64,000 nt of DNA from Octopus vulgaris. Lineage: Eukaryota. The translations under genes were made by a program, and so were the position numbers. This document shows, one piece after another, positions 24,676 through 36,478 of this stretch. Numbering within the stretch: the first letter of the stretch is position 1; the number at the start of each line of letters is the position of its first letter. Below the pieces are notes generated by a model that was not told where the DNA came from, did no database searches, and was given only the letters and a program-made list of their open reading frames with translations. The DNA lies in NCBI GenBank assembly GCA_951406725.2, contig OX597841.1, positions 8,990,001-9,054,000 on the forward strand, written 5' to 3'.

Positions 24676-24751
24676 AATCTAGCTGAAGAGAACTAATCAA
24701 ATTTATGTTAACAAACATAATTTGGAAAGTTCGAAACCTAGGTCCTAGATT
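24676..24751 (+). ncRNA. Type-I hammerhead ribozyme, canonical core, extended stem II
   Basis: AATCTAG CTGAAGA GAACT...AGTTC GAAA CCTAGG TC CTAGATT; 7-bp stem I; palindromic stem III; GUC triplet. Confidence 0.88.
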
Positions 24752-24997
24752 ATTGATATCTGGGTTGTATATTCATTTAATGTTCTTCCTACAGGTAAGA
24801 TGAAATTTCTTTAAGTTGGCCACACGACTGACTTCTTTCACTTTTCCCTTTAACAAATCCACTCACAAGGCCTTGGTTGGCCCAGGGCTATAGTAGAAGG
24901 CACTTGATCAAGGTGCCACGCAGTGAGATTGAACCCGGAACAATGTGTTTAGAAGCAAACTTCTTACCACACAGCTATGCTTACGCTCTTTATATAT

Positions 24998-25115
24998 TAC
25001 CTGAGGAGATACAAATAGGTCCTATTACACAGGTAAACCGTTGCTTATGTATGTAACTTGTTTGTCTACATATTTCATGTTGTTTACACAGTTGGTGACA
25101 TCCTGTACCCATATA

Positions 25116-25157
<42 letters not shown>

Positions 25158-25209
25158 CATACATATTTATTTATTATTATTAACTGAACACCACACGTCC
25201 ATTTTCAAG

Positions 25210-25241
<32 letters not shown>

Positions 25242-25453
25242 TATATACACACATGTATATATACACATGTATATATATAAACATACACGTTTTTAGTGTG
25301 TATGTATGTATAAGCTTGTATATATATATATATTTCTTTGTGTAAGGTTTTATATGTGTATGCTTCACAGGTATGTATGTGTAAGGTTGTGTATATATGT
25401 ATGTATATGCATGTATATATATGGATCTATGTTGTATTGAAACATATGTAGTG
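24998..25453 (+). ncRNA. Hammerhead motif split by an insertion in loop II
   Basis: tac CTGAGGA GATACAA ATAGGTCC [~400 nt] GGATCTAT g TTGTATT GAAA CATATG TA gtg. Confidence 0.65.
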
Positions 25454-25506
25454 TTTAAATAACTGTCTAAATGTAGTCCTTCCTGTTGTCTCTATTTATT
25501 CAATTT

Positions 25507-25554
<48 letters not shown>

Positions 25555-25556
<2 letters not shown>

Positions 25557-25958
25557 TCTTTACTTGTTTCAGTCATTTGACTGCGGCCATGCTGGAGCAC
25601 CACCTTTAGTCGAGCAAATCGACCCCAGGACTTATTCTTTGTAAGCCTAGTACTTATTCTATCGGTCTCTTTTGCCGAACCACTAAGTTACGGGGACGTA
25701 AACACACCAGCATCGGTTGTCAAGCTATGTTGGGGGGGGGGGGGACAAACATAGACATACAAACACACACACACACATATATATATACACATATATACGA
25801 CGGGCTTCTTTCAGTTTCCGTCTACCAAATCCACTCACAAGGCTTTGGTCGGCCCGAGGCTATAGTAGAAGACACTTGCCCATGGTGCCATGCAGCAGGA
25901 CTGAACCCGGAACCATGTGGTTGGTAAGCATGCTACTTACCACACAGCCACTCCTGCG
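25555..25958 (-). mobile_element. SINE family A, full length
   Basis: Matches the family; (GAGTAAA)-like tail. Confidence 0.85.
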
Positions 25959-26475
25959 CACACACACACATATATATATATATATATAGGAAATATACAA
26001 GGTAGGAGAATTATAGGAATTTTTCTACCAGTGGCTAGCATGTATAAAATAGACAATAGACAGTATATTTTTCCTGTAAAATTGGTGAACATTGAAACAC
26101 AAAAGAGGTGACCCCTAACAGGACCCTTTACATGCTAGAAGGAACAGTCAGTCCAAGCCATGGTTAAGAGCAATTTTGAAGGGAATGGAATGTATAAACA
26201 TTTACAATAGTTACCACCCGTACTTTCTGTATTTAAATGTACACTAATTTTATATGAAATATATATATATATATGTATATATATGTGTGTATATATGTAT
26301 ATATATGTGTGTGTATATATATATGTGTGTGTATATTTGTATATATATATGTGTATGTATGTGTGTGTGTATGTGTATATATATATGTGTGTGTATATAT
26401 ATGTGTATATATGTATGTATATGTGTATGTGTATATATGTATGTATATGTGTATATATCTATATGTATGTATATA

Positions 26476-26507
<32 letters not shown>

Positions 26508-26537
26508 CATACGTATGTATGTATATGTATGTATATA

Positions 26538-26580
<43 letters not shown>

Positions 26581-26682
26581 GTATGTATGTATATGTATGT
26601 ATGTATGTATATGTAGGAATATATATATATATATATGTATGAATATATATATATATATGTATATATGTATGAATATATATAT

Positions 26683-27783
26683 GTTGTAGTTGAAGGGGTA
26701 AAATCAAGCCCAGCCAAAGTCAGTAGTGGCGTTCCACAAGGCACTGTGCTGGGCCCACTTCTTTTCATCATTTACATTAATGATATTAATGACATCATCA
26801 AGCACAGCAACATAAAAATCTTTGCAGATGACTCCAAGCTACAGAAGGTCATAAATGAGGCGAGTGACCGGACATGCCTTCAGTCAGATCTACTGGCTGT
26901 TATCCAATGGGCAGAAAAAAACAATATGCTGCTGAACGAGGATAAATTTGACCTAATCCACTTTGGAAAAGAGGATGCCCTGAAACTCCCATACTCCCTT
27001 CCTTCAGGTGAAACTCTCGCGGCGTCCAACAACATCAGAGACTTGGGAGTAATTGTGGACAACAACATAAGCTGGGCCACTCATATAAACACCAAAGTTG
27101 ACATGGCCCGCAGAATGTGTTCCTGGATTCTCAGAACTTTCCAGTCGAGAGATATCCACACCATTATCCTTCTCTTCTCCACTTTTGCCCGACCCCACCT
27201 TGAATACTGTTGTCCACTGTGGTCTCCCCACACAATACAAGGTATCATAAAAGTTGAAGCACCTCAAAGGGCAATCACAAAAAAGATAGATGGCATGATA
27301 GGCCTCGACTATTGGGGTCGACTAGAAAAGCTAAAACTCTATTCTCTCCAACGTCGTCGTGAGCGCTACATCATCTGCATGATGTGGAAAATATTCCATC
27401 AGCATTGCCCAAATGATGTTGGCATCACCTTCAAGGTACATCCAAGGCTTGGGCCCCGTGCCATTCACCCAAAACAAAAATCGCACTCTCATCTCATAAC
27501 AACAATACGGCACAATTATTTCACCTCAATTGGCCCCGCTCTCTTTAACATTACACCAAAACACATTAAAACAGAAACTGACCCTATAGGGTTCAAGAAG
27601 TCTTTGGACAGATTCCTTCAAGAAATCCCGGATAAACCCCCTACACCCGGATATGTCTCTGTAAACAATAACTCTCTACTTGAGTGGGCCATAGTGCCCA
27701 AATTCTGACTTGAAAGACTTCACCAGGTGGTGCTATTAAGTTAGACATGGCCTGGGCCAATAATGGCCGAAACCTATCAAAGT
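26683..27783 (+). mobile_element. 5'-truncated CR1-like LINE (RT C-terminal half plus 3' UTR)
   Basis: Open frame to TGA at 27708: [46 protein letters not shown]; 3' hairpin GGCCA-ATAA-TGGCC. Confidence 0.88.
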
Positions 27784-27823
27784 ATATGTATGAATATATA
27801 TATATATATGTATATATGTATGA

Positions 27824-27854
<31 letters not shown>

Positions 27855-27855
27855 A

Positions 27856-27886
<31 letters not shown>

Positions 27887-28362
27887 AATATATATATATA
27901 TGTATATATGTATGAATATATATATATATATGTATATATGTATGAATATATATATATATATGTATATATGTATGAATATATATATATATATGTATTTATG
28001 TATGAATATATATATATGTATATATGTATGAATATATATATATATATGTATATATGTATGAATATATATAAGTATATGTATATATGTATGAATATATATA
28101 TATATATGTATATATGTATGAATATATATAAGTATATGTATATATGTATGAATATATATATATATATGTATATATGTATGAATATATATATATATGTATA
28201 TATGTATGAATATATATATATATGTATATATGTATGAATATATATATATATGTATATATGTATGAATATATATATATATATATATATGTATATATTTATG
28301 AATATATATATATATATATGTATATATTTATGAATATATATATATATGTATATATGTATGAA

Positions 28363-28394
<32 letters not shown>

Positions 28395-28424
28395 AATATA
28401 TATATATGTGTATATATGTATGAA

Positions 28425-28456
<32 letters not shown>

Positions 28457-28600
28457 AATATATATATATGTATATATGTATGAATATATATATATGTGTA
28501 TATATGTATGAATATATATATATATATGTGTATATATGTATGAATATATATATATATGTTTATATATATATGTATATATATATGTATGTATATATATATA
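27784..28600 (+). repeat. ~28-30 bp minisatellite TGTATATATGTATGAA(TA)n
   Basis: Direct reading; the same unit lies left of the CR1 at 26630-26682. Confidence 0.9.
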
Positions 28601-28794
28601 TAGATACACGCACACATACACTCTCACTTCCTGTCAAACCTCACCATGACCACCACCAAAAATTGTAAAAATGATTTCTGAGTTCAACTTGGAATCCATT
28701 CTGGTCTTCCTGGAAGAGTCTTTTGAGAGTCTTGTCCGAGTCCTAATAAAATGGCTACAGTCAACTCGGACAGCCAAGAGATTCATCATAGAAA

Positions 28795-30030
28795 TGTCAT
28801 TTAGCCCAAGGTCCATCCTATCCAGCAGACCTATGATCAAAGATGTTCCAGCTGTGACCATCCTGTCTTTTATTATTCATGCATTGTGTATCTAGGAGTA
28901 CATTATCTAATGTGTCCTTCCTTGTTGTTGTTTAGCCCCAGGTCAGTCCTGATCCAGCAGACCTATGATCAAAGATGTTCCAGCTGTGACCATCCTGTCT
29001 TTTATTATTCATGCATCGTGTATCTAGGAGTACAATATCTAATGTACCCTTCTTTGATAGTGATTTTGTTGTTATTTAACCCCTGGTCAGTCCTGATCCA
29101 GCAGATCTATGATCAAAGAGCTTCCATCTGTGACCACCTCATTCTGTCAGACATAGTCTATCTAAGACAACATTATCTAATGTGCCTGTTCTTGTTTAGC
29201 CCCGGGTCAGTCCTGATCCTGTAGATCATTGATCAAAAGTGGTGCAGCTGTGACCATCCTGTCTTTTAATCAGATTTAGTGTACCTAGGACTACATGATG
29301 TAAAGTGTCCTTCCTTTCTAAAGAAAGCAATATGTGAGCTGAGAGTGATTTGGCTAATATTTTTAGCAGGTCAACCAAGTGCATAAAATTTGTATCTGTT
29401 AATTCAGCATATGATCAAAGGCATTCCAGTTGTGACCACTGTCTTATAATAGACAGAATGGTGTGATTAAAGGGAGATTTGGCTGCTATTTCTACTAGGT
29501 CTATCTACCATGATATCTTGCAAACAACTTGCACATGCAAGTGCTACCAGTTAAAAGCTCCGTATACCAGAAGCTAGCAAGTGTATGGGGTCATCAGGAG
29601 AGAATGCGCGCCGTTTCGGGGCCTACCTCTCGACGGCAATAAGGTAATAAGGTAATAAGGGGTGATTTGAAGAAGATTTGGTTGTTATTTCTTGCAGATT
29701 GAGTTACCATGTGGAGGTCTCCCTCGTTGGCTCATACATATAAATTTACATACAAGACGATAAGGTGTGATTTGAGGGACACTTGGCTGTTATTTCTGTC
29801 AGGTTTAGCTACCATGTGGAGGTCTCCTTCATTAGGTCATACAGTGGGATGTGATACGACGGAGATTTGGCTGCTGTTTATGCTAGGTTTAGATACCACG
29901 TTGAGATCTTCCTTTTTGGCTCACACATACATATACACATAGATAAAACAGTAAGGTGTGATTTGAGGGAGATTTGGCTGCTGTTTCTACTATGTCTAGC
30001 TGACCTCTACTATGTCTAGCTGACCTCTAT
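28795..30030. repeat. Degenerate tandem pieces of an unclassified interspersed repeat (probable SINE body/tail)
   Basis: TTTAGCCCCAGGTCAGTCCTGATCCAGCAGACCTATGATCAAAG x4 and GATTTGGCTGCTATTTCTAGCAGGT recurring; also at 16650-16890, 44790-45880, 54780-55435. Confidence 0.7.
29530..29660 (+). mobile_element. 3' end of a LINE or SINE with (AATAAGGT)n tail
   Basis: GC-rich end followed by AATAAGGT x3. Confidence 0.45.
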
Positions 30031-30339
30031 AAGGGTATATTGGGTGCTTTTAATGTAATATAAGCACTAGTGCTTTTTATGAGGCACCAACCCCAGTGGG
30101 GTCGCCAAGTAACTTGCGAGGCAAAAACCTCTCAGGTGGAAGATGGAGTGCAACCACAAAATGTGGCATTGTGCCAGGTGAGACAGCATGGTGGATGAGC
30201 TTAGTCAATAGTTATCTGATGATTCTTATATATATATATACATATATATATATGGGTGTTGATGAAGGAGCAAAAACTCCCGGAATATGGCATATATGTC
30301 CAATATTTGATTTTCACCGTCGATCTCATTGTTGCTTAT

Positions 30340-30747
30340 CGTTGCCAGGGCCACGGATTGGCTCCTGTGCCGGTGGCATGTGAAAGGCACCATTTGAGCA
30401 TGATCATTGCCAGGATTGCCTTACCAGCGCATGTGCTGGTGGCACATGAAAAACAACATTCTAGCATGGTCGTTGCCATTGCCGCCGGACTGGCTCCCTC
30501 GCAGGTAGCACATAAAAAACACCTTTTGAGCATGATCGTTGCCAGAACTGCCTGACTGGTCCTTGTGCCGGTAGCACGTAAAAGCACCCACTACACTCTC
30601 GGAGTGGTTGGCGTTAGGAAGGGCATCCAGCTGTAGAAACACTGCCAGATCAGACTGGAACCTGGTGCAGCCTTGTGGCTTCCCAGACCCCGGTCAAACC
30701 ATCCAACCCATGCCAGCATAGAAAGCGGACGTTAAACGATGATGATG
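30340..30747 (+). mobile_element. SINE with RTE-like tail (family E), internal tandem repeats, (GAT)n end
   Basis: GGTTGGCGTTAGGAAGGGCATCCAGCTGTAGAAAC...GGACGTTAAACGATGATG; related copies at 30790-30975 and 31760-31865. Confidence 0.75.
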
Positions 30748-31929
30748 ATATATATATACACACACACACACACACACCTAGCGGAGTAGACTTTGTTCCA
30801 TGTAAAAAGCACTCAGTCCACTCTGCTGAGTGGTTGGCGTGAGGAAGGGCATCCAGCTGTAGAAATCCTGCCAAAACAGTCACGGAAGTCTGGTGCAAGC
30901 TTCTGCCTAGCTGGCTCCGGTCACACCGTCCTGCCTGTGTCAGCATGGAAGGCAGATGTTAAAATATGAGCGATGATCTATGAGTGTATGTGTGTGTGTG
31001 TGTGTGTGTGCGTGCATGCAGTGAACTAGCCATGGGTAGTGGAAAATGCAGCATTCTGGGTAGTCCTGCCTATATATTTATGGGTGAAACATTTATTTAA
31101 TGATACATCTATGGTAAAGGGTAAAAAGATAAAGACCCCCTTTGGTCATGAATGCCCCTAGAAATTTCCCCTCACAAGCACAAGTCCGGGCATGGTTGTT
31201 TAGGGAAACCAGTAGTCACCCATGCATACCAGCGTCCCGTCTCCATGCCAATTATATGTACATAGGGTAAAGGGTAAAGACCCCCTTCAGTTATGAATGA
31301 CCATGGGATTGCCCCTAGAAATTTCCCCTCAGAAGCACAAGTCCGGGCATGGTTGTTTAGGGAAACCAGCAGTCACCCATGCATACCAGTGTCCCGTCTC
31401 CATGCCACCAAAAAAAAGGCAAAGGGGCCGATACAGCTTGGCGCCAGTGATGTCACAATTCATTTCTACAGCTGAGAGAACTGGAGTAACATGAAATAAA
31501 GTGAAGAACACGACACACAACCCGGTCCAGGTATTGAACTCACTACCTCATCACTGTGAGCCCGGCGCTCTAACCACTGAGCCATGGCAGAGATTTACAT
31601 TCAGGGCTTTATGATGTTAAATATTTACCAAAAAAATTTTTGATTGGTATTTTCTGCAAGTCAGGTGACCTCAATAAACTTGATATATTTTAACAGAAGA
31701 ATAATTTCAAGCACGACATTCCTCAACAAAAGACAGATTCCTATACAAAACCACTTTCTACATCATCATCATCATCGATTAACGTCCATTCTCCATGCTA
31801 GCATGGGTTGGACGGTTCGACCGGGGGATCTGGGAAGCCAGAAGGCTGCACCAGGCTCCGGTCTTTCTACAATTAAGGGTAATGAAATTTGAAGAGGATA
31901 TATTTGATGTCTGCAGAATAAGGGTTTAA

Positions 31930-32148
31930 CCCTTTAGTGTTCAGATTATTCTATCAAACATAATGCCTATTGATTCCCATTGATTTGAATTAATCATGCA
32001 TTATCTCATATCTTCAAGATCTTGATGGTGTACTTACTTAATGTAGAATAACATTGTAGGGTAGGTGTGAGAGCCTGGATCTGGTCAGTTTGAACATAAA
32101 ACAGATTAAATATTTTGGCCAGATTTGGCCGGTTTAAATACTAAGGGG
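31930..32148. mobile_element. piggyBac-type MITE
   Basis: TTAA-CCCTTTAGTG...TACTAAGGGG-TTAA. Confidence 0.8.
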
Positions 32149-32539
32149 TTAAAAAAAGGATAAAAGACAATGCCTTACTGTGGCAGCTGGGTCTGCTAGA
32201 AATAGCAACGAAATCTCATTGAAATCAAGAGGGCTTAAATAAAAAGTATATATGGAAGGGATGGTCATATGTCTGCTTAATCAGAGCTATCCAAGGGATC
32301 AACAGTTAGATATGCAATTACTGTTCTTAGGGAATAATGGGAGAGACTGCAATGTGCTTGAAATAGTAGTCAAATCCCTCTGAAGGTATTACCTTGATCC
32401 TTTCAGTGTAAAATTAAATTTCATGGTTATTCAACCAAAAAGACTAGAATTGGTTTTTCTGAAAGTTATGTTGCCTCAAACTTGCCATATTTCAAACGTG
32501 ACATTCCTCAACAAAAGGCAGATTCCTATACAATTAAGG

Positions 32540-33035
32540 ATATTGAAATCGAAATCTATCAACATCAATGGAAATTGTAGTTGCGATACCAGTGCCGGTG
32601 GTACGTAAGACAACCATCCGAACGTGGCCGTTGCCAGTGCTGCCCCAACTGGCCTCTGTGCCGGTGGTACGTACAAAGCACCAATCCGATCGTGGCCGTT
32701 GCCAGCCTTGTCTGGCCTCTGTGCCGGTGGTACGTACAAAGCACCAATCCGATCGTGGCTGTTGCCAGCCTCGTCTGGCCTCCGTGCCGGTGGTACGTAC
32801 AAAGCACCAATCCGATCGTGGCCGATGCCAGACTCCCCTGGCACCTGTGCTGGTGGCACGTAAAAAGCACCCACTACACTCACGGAGTGGTTGGCGTTAG
32901 GAAGGGCATCCAGCTGTAGAAACACTGCCTGATCAGACTGGGCCTGGTGCAGCCTTCTGGCTTCCCAGACCCCAGTTGAACCGTCCAACCCATGCTAGCA
33001 TGGAAAGCAGACGTTAAACAACAATGATGATGATG
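32540..33035 (+). mobile_element. SINE family E with four to five internal ~63-bp repeats
   Basis: GTGCCGGTGGTACGTA at 32592, 32658, 32721, 32784; same tail as 30340-30747. Confidence 0.8.
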
Positions 33036-33511
33036 AAATTTGAAGAGAATATATTTGATGTCTGCAGTACAATGATTAATAACATAACATAATGCAGTTC
33101 TTGATTTGCTAAAAATAGCAGCCAAATCTCCTTCAACTCAGAAATGTCTCGACTCTTTAACTGCAATATCTCGACTCTTTAACTGCAATATCAGATTTCA
33201 TGATTATTCCAATAATCATCATCATCCAGCGTTTTAAATCTGGGTTTTGTCCCCGTTAACGGGGGGGGGGGGGCGCAGATCTACCTCAATACCATAGCAA
33301 CCGAGGAAGGCAGGTGCAGCCCACCAACCTTTGGGCTAATTGGTGCCCTTTCTCCTTTGCTATCAGGAGGCTTTTTTGGGAGCTGGATTTTCTACAGGGA
33401 GCGTGCCCTTGCTTACCCCCCACCCTCAGTTTCTAGGCATGAGTGGTCCCGAGACCAAGGCCTCTGCCAAAATTTTTAAGAAATGTGGATGATGATGATG
33501 ATGGTGGTGAT

Positions 33512-33542
<31 letters not shown>

Positions 33543-33995
33543 GCAGTGATGGTGAGAATGATAGTGATGATGACGATAATGACAGTGATTGAGGATGGTG
33601 AGGATGATGACAAACACAAGTGCAGTTTGTTCAATAGTTAAGAAGTTTGCTTCTCAACTGTGATGTCCCAGTTTCAATCCCACAGCAAAGTACTCATTTT
33701 TTATTTTTTCTCAGTGAAAGCCACATGTCATCCGCACCTTGTGAGTGACATCAGACATCGAGTAGATGGAAACTATGCTGAAGCCCATTATGGTGGATTG
33801 TACCTGTAATCCAAAAGGAGCGGGGCAGCCTCGTCATACACCACTGCGTCATTGCTGATTCTGTGTGCAGAGAGTTATGTAAAGTGTACATACGTCCATG
33901 GTATACTCAGCCATATGCAGGTAGCTCAGATGGTTGAACAACAACTGAAGTTTTATGGTCAGAAATTTCGATTGAGATTCGTGTATAATAATTAT

Positions 33996-34032
<37 letters not shown>

Positions 34033-34184
34033 CACATATATAAAATCATACATATACAGAAACACAATAGGAGCTAAAGAAAATGTTTTGAAAAACTTGG
34101 TTTCCACCCGCTAAGCAAATTTTATTCTCACGCTTTGGTACATACATGTAAATACATGCACAGACACACATATGTATATGTACA

Positions 34185-34227
<43 letters not shown>

Positions 34228-34244
34228 GTCAGAATGATGTAGAC

Positions 34245-34287
34245 ACCTCTGACGAGAACCCAATAGGGTTTGAATGTCGATTAAGGT
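34245..34287 (+). ncRNA. Degenerate hammerhead motif
   Basis: ACCT CTGACGA GAACCC aata GGGTTT GAAT GTCGAT TA AGGT (GAAA mutated to GAAT). Confidence 0.6.
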
Positions 34288-34346
34288 TGTTCATCATTTT
34301 TTTCAGTCTGCGGAGAAATAGCTAAAATTGACCGTTTATAATTATA

Positions 34347-34619
34347 CCAGATCAGGCCGAAAATGTTGCTAGAAGCTGGGATCACCAAGCGTAGATTGGC
34401 ATATTTCGGTCATATTATGTGGAGAGAATCCCTGGAGAAGGACATCATGCTCGGAATGGTCAGTGGCAAGTGAGGAAGAGGCCGACCAAGAACCTGCTGG
34501 CTTGACACCATCAGGAGTGATACCGGAATGGACATAGCCAATCTGAAAGAAGCGGCCCAGGATAGAACTGACTGGAGGACACTGATCCAACGAGTAACCA
34601 AGAGACGACTTCAACTGAG

Positions 34620-34624
<5 letters not shown>
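34347..34624 (+). mobile_element. RTE-BovB-like LINE 3' end, copy 1
   Basis: YFGHIMWRESLEKDIMLGMVSGK*GRGRPRTCWLDTI..AAQDRTDWR..RVTKRRLQLSG. Confidence 0.85.
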
Positions 34625-34651
<27 letters not shown>

Positions 34652-34824
34652 CGGAATGGTCAGTGGCAAGGGCAGAAGAGGCTGACCAAGAACCCGCTGG
34701 CTTGACACCATCAAGAGTGATACCGGAATGGACATAGCCAATCTGAAAGAAGCGGCCCAGGATAGAACTGACTGGAGGACACTGATCCAACGAGTGACCG
34801 AGAGTCGACTTCGACTGAGCGGAT
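34652..34824 (+). mobile_element. RTE-BovB 3' end, copy 2
   Basis: Starts CGGAATGGTCAGTGGC after (TA)n. Confidence 0.85.
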
Positions 34825-34839
34825 AAATATATATATATA

Positions 34840-35233
34840 TCTTTATATATAAAAGTGAAGTTGTGTGTCTGTCTCCTACGATTTAGATTCCTAACTACTC
34901 CCACATTTTGCGGTGCAGTGTAACCAAAAGTGGATATCTTATAGTCGTGATTCATATCGAGCCCTTCTGGGTATTAGCGCGCGTCTACGATGAGTCTACG
35001 ATTTAAAAAGAAATTTACCATAATTTTTTCCCATTTTAATGCATTTTTTTGCTATTATATAAGGGAAGTAACTCTCTAAAAATGTATTATTAAATCTCAG
35101 AACGTAAAAAGCTACAGTAACACCCCCCTTTGTGGTTAGCCATATTGAGATGGCTATTATACTTTACATCTCTAAAAATGCTTATATAGTTATTTCCCTT
35201 ACAAACCCGAGCAATGCCGGGCGATATTGCTAG
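34840..35233 (+). mobile_element. Non-autonomous Helitron
   Basis: A|TC start; 3' hairpin CCCGAGCAATGCCGGG; CTAG|T end. Confidence 0.8.
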
Positions 35234-35246
35234 TATTGTATATATA

Positions 35247-35420
35247 CGGAATGGTCAGTGGCAAGAGAGGAAGAGGCCAACCAAAAACCCGCTGGCTTGA
35301 CACCATCAGGAGTGATACTGGAATGGACATGGCCAGTCTGAAGGAAGCGGCCCAGGATAGAACTGACTGGAGGACACTGATCCAACGAGTGACCGAGAGT
35401 CGACTTCGACTGAGCGGATA
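35247..35420 (+). mobile_element. RTE-BovB 3' end, copy 3
   Basis: GMVSGKRGRGQPKTRWLDTIRSD...; same 5' breakpoint as copy 2. Confidence 0.85.
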
Positions 35421-35452
35421 TATAGATATATATATATATATATATATATATA

Positions 35453-35834
35453 CTAGCAGTATCGCCCGGCATTGCTCAGGTTTGTAAGGGAAATAACTAT
35501 AAAGCATTTTTAGAGAGTTATAACCAAAAAATAGCAAAAAAATGGAAAAAAATTATGGTAAATTTTTTTCGAGAGTAAAAAAAGGTGGAGTTGCGTCCCC
35601 TAGACAGTTTGCGGTTTGTGTTTCTGATTCTCGACCCCATGTCGAATTTATCGACTTTTTTCAGAAGTGGGGGAACTTTTCAAAATTTTCGCTGCATTAG
35701 TTTTGAATTATGACATTGGGCTATGTGTGTGTCAAGTTTCATCAGAATCGGTTGAAAGCCGTGGTCAGGGTGAGGGTACAAGCAAACAGACACACAGAAA
35801 CACGCACAGACAAACTGCCGTTTATATAGAGAGA
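35453..35834 (-). mobile_element. Non-autonomous Helitron
   Basis: Minus strand TC...hairpin...CTAG; same family as 21699-22075. Confidence 0.8.
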
Positions 35835-35857
35835 TATATATATATATATTATATATA

Positions 35858-36030
35858 CGGAATGGTCAGTGGCAAGAGAGGAAGAGGCCGACCAAGAACC
35901 CGCTGGCTTGACACCATCAGGAATGATACTGGAATGGACATGGCCAGTCTGAAGGAAGCGGCCCAGGATAGAACTGACTGGAGGACACTGATCCAACGAG
36001 TGACCGAGAGTCGACTTCGACTGAGTGGAT
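35858..36030 (+). mobile_element. RTE-BovB 3' end, copy 4
   Basis: GMVSGKRGRGRPRTRWLDTIRND...; same 5' breakpoint. Confidence 0.85.
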
Positions 36031-36139
36031 AGAGATATATATATATATATATATACACACACATACAACAGGCTTCTTTCAGTTTCCGTCTACCAAATCC
36101 ACTCACAAGCCTTATATATTTTGCTGCTGCCAGTTTTCT

Positions 36140-36478
36140 GTGCATGCGCATGAGGGAACTTCCGGCAGGCCTTCCGGAAGAATCCAGCTCTGTGCATGCG
36201 TGCTGGAGATTTCCAAGATGGCATCACTACAAGGCTCCCCCTTGTGTGCTGAAGCACAAAACGGAGGATTGTAGTGGCTCCAGAAGAATTTATATATTGT
36301 GAATCCAGAAATAAAATATTTATGCTGTTGAAGATATTCGGAGGTCCTGGCTTTTCCTTTGATTAATAATTTAATGTAAGGGATGAGAGCTGTACATGAG
36401 GGAACTTCCGGCAGGCCTTCCAGAAGAGTCCAACTCTGCGCATGCGTGCTGAAGATTTCCCAGATGGCGTCACTACCA
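36140..36478 (+). promoter_or_regulatory. Duplicated ~80-bp module with NRF1, ETS, YY1 and ACTACA-like motifs
   Basis: 36149-36230 and 36395-36476 share ACTTCCGG, GCATGCG, CA(A)GATGGC, CACTAC. Confidence 0.4.

Noticed and set aside
30254-30301. Hammerhead-like remnant TTGATGA aGGAG...CTCC cGGAA TATG g CATA TA
   Set aside because: Two core substitutions and a poor stem I; at most a fossil
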